Shown: positions 51,610 through 62,497 of the stretch, piece by piece | How the letters are laid out: every line of letters starts with the position of its first letter | Position numbering within the stretch: the stretch's first letter is position 1 | Assembly (NCBI RefSeq): GCF_000142905.1 | Contig: NW_013657671.1 | Span: 248,001 to 312,000 of the forward strand | Reading direction: 5' to 3' | DNA from: Thecamonas trahens ATCC 50062 | Taxonomy: Eukaryota; Protista; Apusomonadida | DNA length: 64,000 nt | Made by a program: the position numbers and the translations under genes | The notes under the pieces: generated by a model | Database searches by the model: none | Seen by the model: the letters and a program-made list of their open reading frames with translations, nothing else | What the model was told of the DNA's origin: nothing

Positions 51610-52461
51610 TCAGCTCGGCGCCACGCCCAGCATCGACTTGAGCGAAGCCTGGGCTTGGGCCTGGGCATGAGCCTGGGCCTGGGCCTGAGCATGAGCATGA
51701 GCCCGAGCGACGTTTGCTTGCGCTGCCTGCGACGAGCGAGCCTGAGCCTGAGCCTGGGCCTGGGCCTGGGCCTGGGCCATGGCGTGCGCGTGGGCGCGAG
51801 CGTGGGCCTGGTTCATGGCGTGGGCCTGCCACGCCGCAATCTGCTCCGCGGTCATGTACTGCTGCGGCGCAGGCGAGTGGGCCTGCGGCAGCGGCGAGCT
51901 GTGCGCGGCAGGCGAAGGATGTGATGGCTGCTGCGTAAAGAGCGGGCCGCGCGGCAACGGCGGCGACGAACCCAGCGGCGGCGACGAGGCGACCGCCGGC
52001 GATCCGGCTGGCCCTGCAGTCCGGCGCATGCCCTTGAACTTGGGCTGCGGCAGTGCTCCCGGCGGCGGAGAGTTGGCCCAGGAGGAGCCCGAATAAAAGC
52101 CGTCGGTGGGCGTCGGTGCCGAGCCCGAGCTACGCTTGGAGCCCTTCTTGCCCTTGCCCTTGCCACCCTTGCCACCCTTGGAGCCCTTGGAGCCCTTGGA
52201 GCCCTTAGAGCCCTGGCTCTGACCTTGGTTGTTGGCGGCAGAGCCCTTTTGCTTCCCACCGCCGCCCTTGCCCTTGCCGCCCTTGCCGCCCTTGCCCTTG
52301 CCGCCCTTGCCCTTGCCACCCTTGCCACCCTTGCCGCCCTTGCCGCTGCCCTTGCTTGTGGCAGCGGCGGCGCCTGTGGACGCCGGAGCGAGCGAGGCAG
52401 GACTAGAGCTGGCGTTGGCATTGCCGGCTGCGAGTGCCGCGGGGGTGGTGTTGGCCGGCAT
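51610..52461 (-). CDS. PNRC/Edc1-like mRNA decapping activator (disordered)
   Basis: FYSGSSWANSPPPGALPQPKF motif and terminal LKSMLGV helical motif, with Gly/Lys and Gln/Ala repeats. Confidence 0.62.
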   Translation of the reverse strand: MPANTTPAALAAGNANASSSPASLAPASTGAAAATSKGSGKGGKGGKGGKGKGGKGKGGKGGKGKGGGGKQKGSAANNQGQSQGSKGSKGSKGSKGGKGGKGKGKKGSKRSSGSAPTPTDGFYSGSSWANSPPPGALPQPKFKGMRRTAGPAGSPAVASSPPLGSSPPLPRGPLFTQQPSHPSPAAHSSPLPQAHSPAPQQYMTAEQIAAWQAHAMNQAHARAHAHAMAQAQAQAQAQAQARSSQAAQANVARAHAHAQAQAQAHAQAQAQASLKSMLGVAPS

Positions 52462-53005
52462 GCCTGCTGTCGGCTTGGTCTGGACCCGCTTACGAGACTT
52501 GTTACCCTTCGGTGAGTTGCGGTCTGCTGTAGACTGCTGGACCAAGGCGCGCGGCGGACGTTTGCCCACGCCGTGGAGAGTGTTTGGGTTTGTGTGCTTC
52601 TGCCGTGTGCTAGGTGCGCTCATACACACACTGGCCACTGCTGTGCCTGTACCTCCGCTCGCCTGTGAGTTCTTCCTTCTTCTTCACTCACAAACGAATA
52701 CTTCGAACACTCCAGGGACATTCGGAATTGGGCGCCGACCCGCACCGCCCCCCCCCCTTCCACAACTGCGTCCACGGCACCACTGCCGCCCCCCCCCCCT
52801 TCCACCACCCCCACCACACCTGCCGCAGGTCTTTAACGCCACCCCCCTGCAACGTACGTTTCGAAAACGAGGTACTGTGCGTTGTTGACGAGTGTGACCG
52901 TCTCCGACTCTCGCCCGTGTCCGTCGCTGCGCCGCCACGCGACCGTCGAATCGCGAACCGGTTCGGTTCGCGCGCGCGCGAACGCTCGGACGCCGAAATC
53001 GACTC

Positions 53006-53052
53006 GACCGACCGACCGACCGACTCGACCGACCGACCGACAGACCGACCGA
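53006..53052. repeat. Imperfect (ACCG)n tetranucleotide repeat in a divergent promoter region
   Basis: Seen directly in the sequence. Confidence 0.85.
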
Positions 53053-53207
53053 CTGATCGACGACGGTCGGGAGCCGGACCATGACTCGAGCCGGCGGCTC
53101 TGCCCGCGTCGATCACAAAGCGCCACGAGCATGCCGCCGACGTGCGGTGTAGCCACACTTCACTCGCAGCTCGCGTCCACTGTCTCTGTTGCTGAAGACA
53201 GGCCTCA

Positions 53208-56200
53208 ATGACGAGAGAGCAACGAGGAAGCGGCTGGCGCGTCTGTGCGGCCTGGAGGCTGCTGGTCGGGGCGGCCGTCGCCGCGTGGCTCGTCGCTGCA
53301 GTGCTGGCCAGCCCGGCCGCAGCAGCCGGCGACGAGCTCAACGTCTTTATTCTGGCCCACTCGCACTGTGACCCTGGGTGGCTCAACACGTTCGAGGTAA
53401 GCGTCAGGGGAGGGAGAAGCAGGAAGAGCAGGCGTGCGGGCAGTTGAAGACAGACTCACATCGCGGCCGAGCCGAGCACCGGAGCAGGGCTACTTTCAAC
53501 GCGACGTCAACGCCATTCTCTCCAACGTGGTGACGGCGCTGCAGCAAGACGCGCGGCGGCGGTTCATCTGGGCAGAAATCTCGTTCTTCTCGCGGTGGTA
53601 CTCGCGGCAGTCGGAGGAGACGCGGCAGACGGTGGAGGATCTGGTGGCGTCGGGCCAGCTGGAGTTTGTCGAGGGCGGTTGGGTGCAGGCGGACGAGGCG
53701 GACACCAACTATGTGTCGATCATGAACCACATCGCCGAGGGCCACGCATACCTCAAGGCACACTTTGGAGTCCGGCCGCGGTTTGCGTACCAGATCGATC
53801 CGTTCGGCCACTCGTCAGCGACGCCGAGCCTGTTTGCGAGGATGGGCTTTGAGGGCCTGGTCATCAACCGCATCCACCACGCGCTCAAGTCGTCGTTCAA
53901 ACGCAGCAAGCACATGGAGTTTGTATGGCGGGGTGCGCCCGAGACGCTCGGGCCCGAGTCGGATCTCCTCACGCACGTTCTCCACACCCACTACTCGGCC
54001 CCCAAGGGCTTTGACTTTGAGGAGCACTCGATGCCGATCTCGCCGTCTAATGTGGCCTCACGGGCAACCGTGCTTGTGCGCGAACTGCGGTCTCGAAGCG
54101 CAGCGTACGCTACGTCAAACCTGCTTGTTCCTTTTGGCGACGACTTTAAGTTTAAGCGGGCCCAGTACCAGTTCACCAACATGGAGCAGCTCATCGAGCA
54201 CATCAACGCCAACGAGGAAGGCGTCAACATCCGGTTTGCCACGCTCTCCGACTACTTTGATGCCATGATTGCTGAGGCCGCGTCTGCCCAAGACGTGACG
54301 CTCCCACTGTACGAGGCCGACTTTTTCCCCTACGCCGACAATGAGGACTCGTACTGGACCGGGTACTACACGACGCGGCCGGTGCTGAAGCAGCTGGCGC
54401 GGGCGACCGAAGCCCACCTCCGCGGGGCTGAGATTTTGTACACGCTCGCACGGACGCGGACCGGGCACCTGCGAAGCGCGCCAACGTTCTGGAGCAAGGG
54501 CATGGCGGCCCTTGTGGACGCGCGGCGACAAACCGCACTCGTCCAGCACCACGACGGCATTACCGGAACAGCCAAGCAGCATGTTGTGGCCGACTACTCG
54601 ACGCGGCTGCTGGCGGCGCACAAGGGACTGACCGAGCTTCAGGCTGCGCTGCTGCCGCTGCTGCTCGCGTCGCAAGATTCCCTTGCGGCAGCGGCTGAGG
54701 TTGGCGAGTTAGCTGCGGCCGCCGGCTTGCGCGACGCCGTGGCGTCAGATCGGGTGCTGGACGTGGAAGCTCTTGACGGCAACGCCGGATATGTAGTGGT
54801 TGTGTCGTCGTCTCTGGCATGGCCGACCTCTCGGTTGGTCAAGGTCATGGTGACGAGCTCCAAGGTTCGCGTGACTGATGCGAGCGGCGAGGCGTTGACG
54901 ATCCAAGTTGTGCCTCATTGGGACGACGCGCACTACGCACCGTCGCCGCACGCCGGAGTGGGCGGAACGCGGCCGGCGACTGGCGCCGGCGCTTCAGAGG
55001 TGTTTGAGACCGAGCCGGCGCCGGCACGGTACGCGTTGCACTTTGAAGCCGAGCTCGGCCCGCTGGAGAGTCGTACGTTCAAGGTTCATCGCGATGTCAG
55101 ATCTGCGCTGGCAGCAACGACGGTTGATGTCTACTCGGGTGCGCTGCAGGGCAAGGCAGATGCCGAGGAGGGCGTTGACGGCATTGTGTATCACTCGGCT
55201 ATTCCTGGGCAGCTGACGCTGACTGGGACGAGGACAAGCGTGGTTCTGGAGGACGGGCTTGTGGCATCAATTGCGCACGACGGCGAGGAGGCAATGGAGG
55301 CCCGGCAAGCGTTTGTGCAGTACGCATCGACCCGATCCGGTGCGTACATTTTCCGTGCACAGTCGGAAGGGGTCAAGATGAGCGTGGCGAGCGAGGCGCA
55401 CGCGGTGCGGCTTGTCCGCGGCCCGCTGTTTGAGAGCGCCAAGGTGGTGCGCGGTGCGATTGCCTTTGAGGTGAGCGTGCGGGCGTCTGTGGGCGCTGGC
55501 GAGCGGCTCGAGGGCCTCATGGTTGAGCTGGACGTCTCAGTGGTAGCCGCGCCAGACAACGAGGTTTCGCTCCGGTTCGAGACGGCGGTGGCGTCAGGAG
55601 AGACCTTCTACTCCGACTCTGGCCTGCAGGTGATGAAGCGAGTGCGGGTGGCAAGCAAGCCGATCCACACCAACGTGTACCCGTGCCTGGCGACGGCGCT
55701 GGTGCGCGACGAGAAGCGCGCGTTTGCGGTGCTCTCGACCCAGCCGCGTGGGGTGACCTCGCTGGCGTCTGGCGAGATCGAGGTCTTTCTACATCGCCAG
55801 CTCATGCAAGATGATGGGCGTGGACTCGCTGAACCGCCGCGCGACGCAGCGCGGTACGCCAGCGTCATGTGGCTGTATGCCGGCTCTGCTGACGGTGTGG
55901 AAGCACGGCGGCGGCAGGCTGCGCACATGCTCGAGCACCCGCCGCTTGTCTTTGCCTCGACCCGCGGGTTTGGCGACGGCGAGTGGGAGGCAGTCTTCAC
56001 GCTCGCTGCGCAAGGGATGGCGGCGCCGCTGGAGACGCCGGCGCATCTGCTCACGCTCAAGAGCATGACAGCGACGGCTGACGACGTCCTGATCCAGGTC
56101 TCGTCACTCGCCGAAGACAATCGCCAGACACCGATTCCGCCGCTCGACAAGTTGCTGGCGCTGGATGGGCAACCGGTCAAGGTAAGCGCGCTCCGCCCTG

Positions 56201-56981
56201 CGCTTCTTGCAGGGGACGAGGACCGCGGCACAAGGCGGGCTATTGGTTCGCTCCTTCATCTGGAGCGCGACGACTTTGACGTGCAGGCCAAGCTTGCCGC
56301 TGGCGGCGACGGGCCGGGCGCGTCGCAGAACACCGACGAGGCTGGCGTCTTTATTTCTCAGGCTGCGCTCGACGACCTCGCCAAGGCCGGAGCGCAGAGA
56401 CGCCTGTTGGAGGTCGGAGCGAGCGAGCCCGAGCTCAAGCTCGGTCCACTTGCCATCAAGTCATTTCTGGTGCACCTGGAGCCTAGCGAGGCTGTGGTGG
56501 CAGGCCGGCAAGTGGCGCCGGCGCCCGCTCGGACTCTTACTCCGAGCCCGAGCCCGAGCCCGACCGCAACCGCAACCGCAACTCCCGCTCCCACTCCTGC
56601 GCCCACTCCTGCGCCCACTCCTGCGCCCACTCCTGCGCCCACTCCCGCACCCACTCCTGCACCCACTCCCACACCCACACCACGATCATCAGTGGCAACG
56701 CCGGCGCCGACGCCGGCGCAGCGACTGGAGTGGTGCCCGAGAAGACGCCACGTGTCACGAGCGGCAAGACAAGCAGCAAGGCGACAGGTGAACGGGTGCG
56801 GGTTGGATCCAAGGTTGGAGCCAACTTTGACACGCACCGGCAGCACACGCCGCATCTGGTCAAGGAGGTTTACATCATGTTTGTGTGCTGGGGCGTGAGC
56901 GCTGTAGTCCTTGCGGGCACGTACTGCAAGCTCCGGTTCGGATGCAACGACAAGCCGCGAGTCCGACTCCATCCACACTAG
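53208..56981 (+). CDS. GH38 alpha-mannosidase with signal peptide, (PTPA)n stalk and C-terminal TM; exons 53208-53396 and 53488-56981; 1-nt frameshift near 56716
   Basis: HSHCDPGW (Zn), QIDPFGHS (nucleophile), PFGDDF (acid/base), YWTGYYTTRP, QHHDGITGT, QDDGRGL. In-phase GTAAGC...CAG intron. Confidence 0.92.
56541..56682 (+). repeat. 12-bp tandem coding repeat (CCCACTCCTGCG)n encoding a PTPA mucin-like stalk
   Basis: Seen directly in the sequence. Confidence 0.9.
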
Positions 56982-58282
56982 GAAGATGACGTCGCCGCGA
57001 CGCGAGTAAAGGTGATGGGCGAGTCGGCGAGACGGTCGAGGAGCTTGGAGCCGGCAAAGGCGGCGGCAGAGGTGGTGACGCCGCCGGGCGGGAGTGCTGT
57101 GCGCTCCTCAAGCATGGTTGCGGCACACTGGACAACACATGCAGCAGTCCCGTCGTAGCCCGGGTCGTTGATTTCGATGCGGGTGTGGAGAGTGGCGACC
57201 GGCGGAGCATCGGTGGAGGCCGGATCGGCAGCATCAGCAGGCACAGCCTTGGTAACCATGTTGAGCGAGAGGGTGGTGGCAGCGCGAGTGACAGCGTTGG
57301 GACCGTCGCGCGAGACCTTGCCCAGCGAGCAGAGGAATGGGAAGCGCAGAAGGAAAGAGCGACCAAGGCGGAAGGAGGCAAAAATGCCAAAGACAAAGCC
57401 CCACGCCATGTACATGATGAGAGCCTTGAGTGAGGGCAGGGTGAGGAAGACGCCAAAGCGGACAGGCTTATCGCCAGCGGCCTGGCGGGCAGCCTGCGAG
57501 CGGCGAACAACCGAGGCATCGGCGCCCATAAAAGGAACCGCGTAGGCGGCGCCGACGTCGGCGGGCGGGGTGAACGTCTTGCCGCGGCGCGGAAACGAGG
57601 TGCTGCGACGTGCATCAAACTCGAGGCGTGGCATCGGGTGTGCGCGGCGGAGGGCACGAAGAGCAGCAACGTTGGCAAACGAGTAGATGAGCGAGTCCCA
57701 CGTGCCAGCGTTGATGACAACCGAGCCTACGCCGGGGACGGCGGCGGTGGAGACAGAGAGGTAGGCCTCGATGGCGGTCGGAACGAGGCCCTCGGCAGCA
57801 GCGAGCTGGGCGGCGTGGACAACGCCCATGTCGCAGGGAATGGAGTCCATACCGCATGCCGAGACAATGAGAGCACCGGAGGCCTTGGCGGCATCGTCGT
57901 AGCGAGCTGCCATGGTCTCGATGAACTCGGGCTCGCCCGAGACGTCGACGTAGTCGGTGCCGGCGGCCGCGCAGGCGGCGACGACGGGCTCGCCGTGCAT
58001 GCGGAACGGGCCGACAGCGTTGACGACAACCTTGCCTACGCCAGCCATGGCGGCGAGCGAGTCGACGTCGGCGGTCGACGCAATGATGATGCCGACCTTG
58101 GAAGCGAGGGCCGGAGCGAGGTCCGGGAACGCGTGGCACAGCTCGCGCTTGACGGCCTCGAGCTTGGCCTGCGTCCGCCCGGCGAGGGCGAGCGAGACCT
58201 TGGCCCCGAGGATGCGGACGGCCTGGTGGGCAATGCGTGAGCCGGTGAAGCCTGAGGCACCGTAAATGACGAGGTCGTACAT
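56978..58282 (-). CDS. SCCPDH: Saccharopine dehydrogenase-like oxidoreductase
   Basis: YDLVIYGASGFTG, ALAGR, NAVGPFRMHGEPVV.AC, YVDVSGEP, CGMDSIPCDMG, DPGYDGTA, GGVTT. Confidence 0.9.
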   Translation of the reverse strand: MYDLVIYGASGFTGSRIAHQAVRILGAKVSLALAGRTQAKLEAVKRELCHAFPDLAPALASKVGIIIASTADVDSLAAMAGVGKVVVNAVGPFRMHGEPVVAACAAAGTDYVDVSGEPEFIETMAARYDDAAKASGALIVSACGMDSIPCDMGVVHAAQLAAAEGLVPTAIEAYLSVSTAAVPGVGSVVINAGTWDSLIYSFANVAALRALRRAHPMPRLEFDARRSTSFPRRGKTFTPPADVGAAYAVPFMGADASVVRRSQAARQAAGDKPVRFGVFLTLPSLKALIMYMAWGFVFGIFASFRLGRSFLLRFPFLCSLGKVSRDGPNAVTRAATTLSLNMVTKAVPADAADPASTDAPPVATLHTRIEINDPGYDGTAACVVQCAATMLEERTALPPGGVTTSAAAFAGSKLLDRLADSPITFTRVAATSSS

Positions 58283-58453
58283 GGTCGAGTGAGGTGTGAC
58301 GGCGGTAGTGCGGGGGGGCAGGGGAGGCGACGGACCACGTGGCAAGACGCGAACAAGTGCCGAGGTCGCGCACACGTCGCCCTGCCAAAGGCTGTCCACA
58401 CTCGCCGCACGGCCTCGGCGAGCAAAGGCGGAGGCTACAGTAGTTCTGAAGGC

Positions 58454-60658
58454 ATGTACCGGGCCGAGCTGCGGCGGGTGGACGAGGCGGTCGGCGGGCA
58501 GTTGCCTGCGCTGGTTCTGCCGCCCGGGCGGTTTGTACTCGGCCGCGGGCCGCAGTCTGGCATTGCCGACCGCACCGTCTCACGCAAGCAGGCGACGCTC
58601 GACTTTGATGCCATCGGAGGGCGGCTGGTGGTAACACTCAACGGGCGCAACGCAGGGCGTGTGTTCCGCGGCTACGTACAGAGCAGCAGCAGCTCCTCGC
58701 GAACCTCGGGCGTGGCGCTGGCCGGCAGTGGAGGGACGGCCGAGCTTGCTTCGGGCGACGCATTTGCCCTCGTCGGCAGTAGCTTTGTCTTTGAGGTCTC
58801 CATAGTCGAGCCCTGGTCCCAAGAGGCGGGTGCCAGCGAGGCTCCAGGCTCTGCCAAGCGAGAGCGAAAGCAAGAGGGCGAGAGTGAGGAGCGGGGCAGA
58901 GCAACCAAGATGCAGAGGGCGCTTGACGGGCGGCGCATTGTGGCATCGTCGCAGAACTCGGACGTGGAGCGGGCGATGCTGACTGATGCTGTGACGCAGA
59001 CAATGGCGCCGGTCGAGGATGTGTCGCCGTCGCTACCGCCAACGCTGGCACCAGCTGCGCCGCAGTCCGAGGACATCGTGCGGGAGAGGCCGCCGGCTCC
59101 GTCGCCGCAGGCCGACACGTCCAGCGGCGCGGCAGCGAACAAGTCGGCCGAGTTGGCCGAGCCGGCCGAGCCGAGCGTTTCCGAGGGCCATGTTGAAGCA
59201 AGTCCTGTTCTTTCGGCCGCACCGGCGCGGACACGACGAATCGATGGCATTGCGCCACAAATACTGAGCTCGCCGTCGCGGTCGGGCAAGTTTGACGACG
59301 ACGACTGCGGCGGCGAGTGCCGGGTGGCGCGATGCCTTGTGATGCCGCTGTTGGCAACTGAGGAGTGCGCGTTTGGGTATGACCCAGAACGCTCAGCATC
59401 GGTGGCTGGAACTGAGCTTGCACGAGCACGCGAACGAATTTCGGCTGTCCGCGGTGAGGTGGTCTTCGCCGGTGACGCCAGCACGAGCGAGGCAGCGCGA
59501 GCTGCGTTTGCCAGAGTATGCTCGGAAGATGCGCACGGTGTGGCGAGGCTGGAGATCGACGTCGATGCTGAACTCCCCGGGGAACCGTGGGTGAGCCTCG
59601 GTGCGACGATGGTGTTTGAGAGCAACTGGCGGTTCAAGGCGTCGCAGGCCTCAGGCGGGCTCAACGCGCGGGTTCACGCGCTGTGTGGGCCTCTACTTGC
59701 GCGCACGCTCAAACAAGTGCACAAAGCTGGCGATGTCGGCCGGGCGTATGCGGTCCAGCTGGACGAGTCCAGCCTAGGCGGGCGGCTTGGTCAGGTATCG
59801 CGCCTCATCGCTGTCGTCCCGCCGAACATGAACCCAAACAAGAAGTTTGACGCCTCGCTGGACGGCGACTATGCTGCAGGTGATGCCAAGCTCAGCCTTG
59901 CTTACCGCAACGTGCTGGATCTGTGGCTTGCCCAGCTGGAAGAGACGGCGAGCACGACCGCGCCGCCGCCGTCGGTGGCGATCGATATGGCAGGCGCGGT
60001 GCCTGTACTGACGGCAGCACCGGTTCCCACCCGGAAAAGTGGCAGGCCGGCCACAACAGGGTGGAAGAACGCGCTGCGGGCCATTGTGGCGCGGCCATAC
60101 GATCATCCGGACGCAGTGGTTGCGGTCGACGAGGAAGTGGTCATCATCCGCGACAAGTATCCCAAGGCGCAGCACCACTACCTGGTGCTTCCGCGGTCGT
60201 CGCTCGGGCAAGGCACGCTGGCGCTGCTGGACGGCGCCGCCGCCGAGTCGCTAGCGCTAGTCAAGACGCTTGTGAGGCGCGGCAAGGCCTTTGCAGCTGG
60301 CGAGCTGTCGGGCTCAAGCAAGTTTGGCCTCCCGCCGGAGAGCTCGTTTGCCTTTGGCTTCCACGCCATCCCCTCGATGAACGTCGTGCATCTTCACGTC
60401 ATCTCGAGAGATTACGACTCGGTGAGCCTCAAGAACAAGAAGCACTGGAACTCGTTCACCAGCCGGTTCTTTGTTCCAGCCAGCGACATGGTGGCGCGGT
60501 TCGAGGCCGGTCTTGGCTGGAGGCTGTCGGAGAGCGAGAAGGCCGAGTACCGGGCCCTGCTGAAGGCGCCGCTCGCCTGCCATCTATGTGGCCAGGAGAG
60601 TCGGAACATGCCGCAGCTCAAGGCGCACATCCGGGCATGTGGAGCTCGCGGCGTGTAG
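58454..60658 (+). CDS. APTX: Aprataxin-like protein: FHA - Macro-like - HIT - C2HC zinc finger
   Basis: FHA LGRGP..GIADRTVSRKQ. HIT DKYPKAQHHYLVLP, GFHAIPSM..VHLHVIS, LKNKKHWNSFT. Zinc finger CHLC...LKAHIRAC. Confidence 0.9.
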   Translation: MYRAELRRVDEAVGGQLPALVLPPGRFVLGRGPQSGIADRTVSRKQATLDFDAIGGRLVVTLNGRNAGRVFRGYVQSSSSSSRTSGVALAGSGGTAELASGDAFALVGSSFVFEVSIVEPWSQEAGASEAPGSAKRERKQEGESEERGRATKMQRALDGRRIVASSQNSDVERAMLTDAVTQTMAPVEDVSPSLPPTLAPAAPQSEDIVRERPPAPSPQADTSSGAAANKSAELAEPAEPSVSEGHVEASPVLSAAPARTRRIDGIAPQILSSPSRSGKFDDDDCGGECRVARCLVMPLLATEECAFGYDPERSASVAGTELARARERISAVRGEVVFAGDASTSEAARAAFARVCSEDAHGVARLEIDVDAELPGEPWVSLGATMVFESNWRFKASQASGGLNARVHALCGPLLARTLKQVHKAGDVGRAYAVQLDESSLGGRLGQVSRLIAVVPPNMNPNKKFDASLDGDYAAGDAKLSLAYRNVLDLWLAQLEETASTTAPPPSVAIDMAGAVPVLTAAPVPTRKSGRPATTGWKNALRAIVARPYDHPDAVVAVDEEVVIIRDKYPKAQHHYLVLPRSSLGQGTLALLDGAAAESLALVKTLVRRGKAFAAGELSGSSKFGLPPESSFAFGFHAIPSMNVVHLHVISRDYDSVSLKNKKHWNSFTSRFFVPASDMVARFEAGLGWRLSESEKAEYRALLKAPLACHLCGQESRNMPQLKAHIRACGARGV

Positions 60659-62497
60659 CCGTGGCCGCATCCGGCGGCACCATCGGTGCGGTGGGAGAAT
60701 TTGAGTGCGCTTTCAGCAACAAATCGTTAATACTTTCGCGGCCCTTACGTTTTTCTCCGTGCCAGACACATGTAGCTTAGAGAGGGTTCCATCTGTGGGN
60801 NNNNNNNNNNNNNNNNNNNNNNNNNNNNNNNNNNNNNNNNNNNNNNNNNNNNNNNNNNNNNNNNNNNNNNNNNNNNNNNNNNNNNNNNNNNNNNNNNNNG
60901 GTTTTTTTTTTTTGCATATCGTGTACATGTAGAGGCTGTTATAGCTGTCTTTTGATTCTTGGTTAGCTGGGGAAGAGTAAGCAGCATTTTTGGGATCCTT
61001 CGGAAACCCGATCTGTTCTTCCTCATTAGTTTCGCGGGAACGCGGCCATCCCTCGCCCCTCCGCCCCTACCTCTTTAGTTTGTTCCTGGACTGTTTTGTC
61101 TGGGTCACTCCCGACAAAGGTGATGCAAGTAGCAATAAAAGTACACCCGCCCCCCCGACAAAAAAAAACAAAAAGATTCTGGCTTTAGGACGTGCGGTCA
61201 ACGGACCAGGCTTGCATCAGGGTCTCCCTTTTGGTGGGGGGGGGGGGGGGGGGGGGGGGGGGGCATGAGGGACGTGGGACAGTCCGAAGCAGGTTGAGCC
61301 TTGATCTCAGACCAGCCGACATCGAGAAAGACAAACATTATTAAGTAAAACTGGTAAATTTAATGTATATATATCTAATGTACTGTACTTTATACTATGT
61401 TTTCGAAAATATTCTTGATAACCAAAATGTTTATATTTTTTAGAACTAAGAAAATATGTTTTTATAGTATGATTCATGTAGCCATGTTGAGACCCTAATT
61501 CTTGGCAGCATCACATCGGCTAGAAATCATCGCGTGCGCCTCGTTGTAGCTCATCACTGGCCAAAGCAATAAGTGGATCCCCACCACGTGTTGTTATCAT
61601 CTGTGGATGTGCGTAGTAGGCCCCATAACGGTCCAGCTCTCGAGAAAATCTAGAAAATGCAACCTCCCCGCGGTGCTCGTCACCACCAACGGGAAGTAGC
61701 AGCACCTTACGCGGATCGCTCCGCTTGTGTGGCACACTTTGCTCCTCTGGCTTGCTTCCTTCATCACACCGACCAGTCACCGAGCTGGGAAGCATGTACC
61801 GCCCGCCCCCTCACGAGCCGGCAGCGGCTGGCGATGAGCTCCCGGGCGTCCTGCCGTCACCGCACCACCCCGATCGAGCACCTACCTCTGCGACCCAAGG
61901 TTACCCAGCGACAGACGATTGCGTTCTAACATCCTTCGCATCCTGTGCATCCTGTCTTTGGCCTTTCTCTGTCGCGGGACAAAGCCACTGATCATGGGCC
62001 CAGGTTGGGAGACACTGATTGGTCGTCGACGACCCCCCCCCCCCCCCCCCCCCCCCGCCATGCGCCGTCCACAGCAAATCAAAGCCAACATTCAAGCACC
62101 TACACACAAAACACCCACATCCATCCAAATCTACCCCCTCCCTCATACTTACGCCAATCGGATCATCACACACGCCACACCGCTCCCAATGTCTTTGCTA
62201 CGCTGGCAAAACCCGGGCTGGCGGTGCGAGCCCGCATCCGCAGCTGACGGCCGCCGCCCCAAGTCGCATCCGTCGCCCAGCCGGCCTCACCACACCCGCG
62301 CCACCCGGTACCACTTGTCGCACCACCTCCTTCCGCGAAAGCAGCAGGGGCTACCAGCAGGAGGACAGGCAGCGCAGAACCAGGTCCGTACCAACAGGAG
62401 AGTCTCCGGTGGGTCGCAGACCTCGACAAGAGCGTGTGTGTGTGCTTGGTGTGCAGAGGCGCGTTTTTTGAGCAAGTCGCAGTAGCAGCCAGCAAGG

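Noticed and set aside
53006-53052. Short repeats as a possible CRISPR array
   Set aside because: Simple tetranucleotide repeat with no spacers or cas genes, in a eukaryotic context.
37446-60658. DNA-repair gene cluster (MHF1, NSE1, APTX)
   Set aside because: The genes are separated by many unrelated genes, which is consistent with chance.
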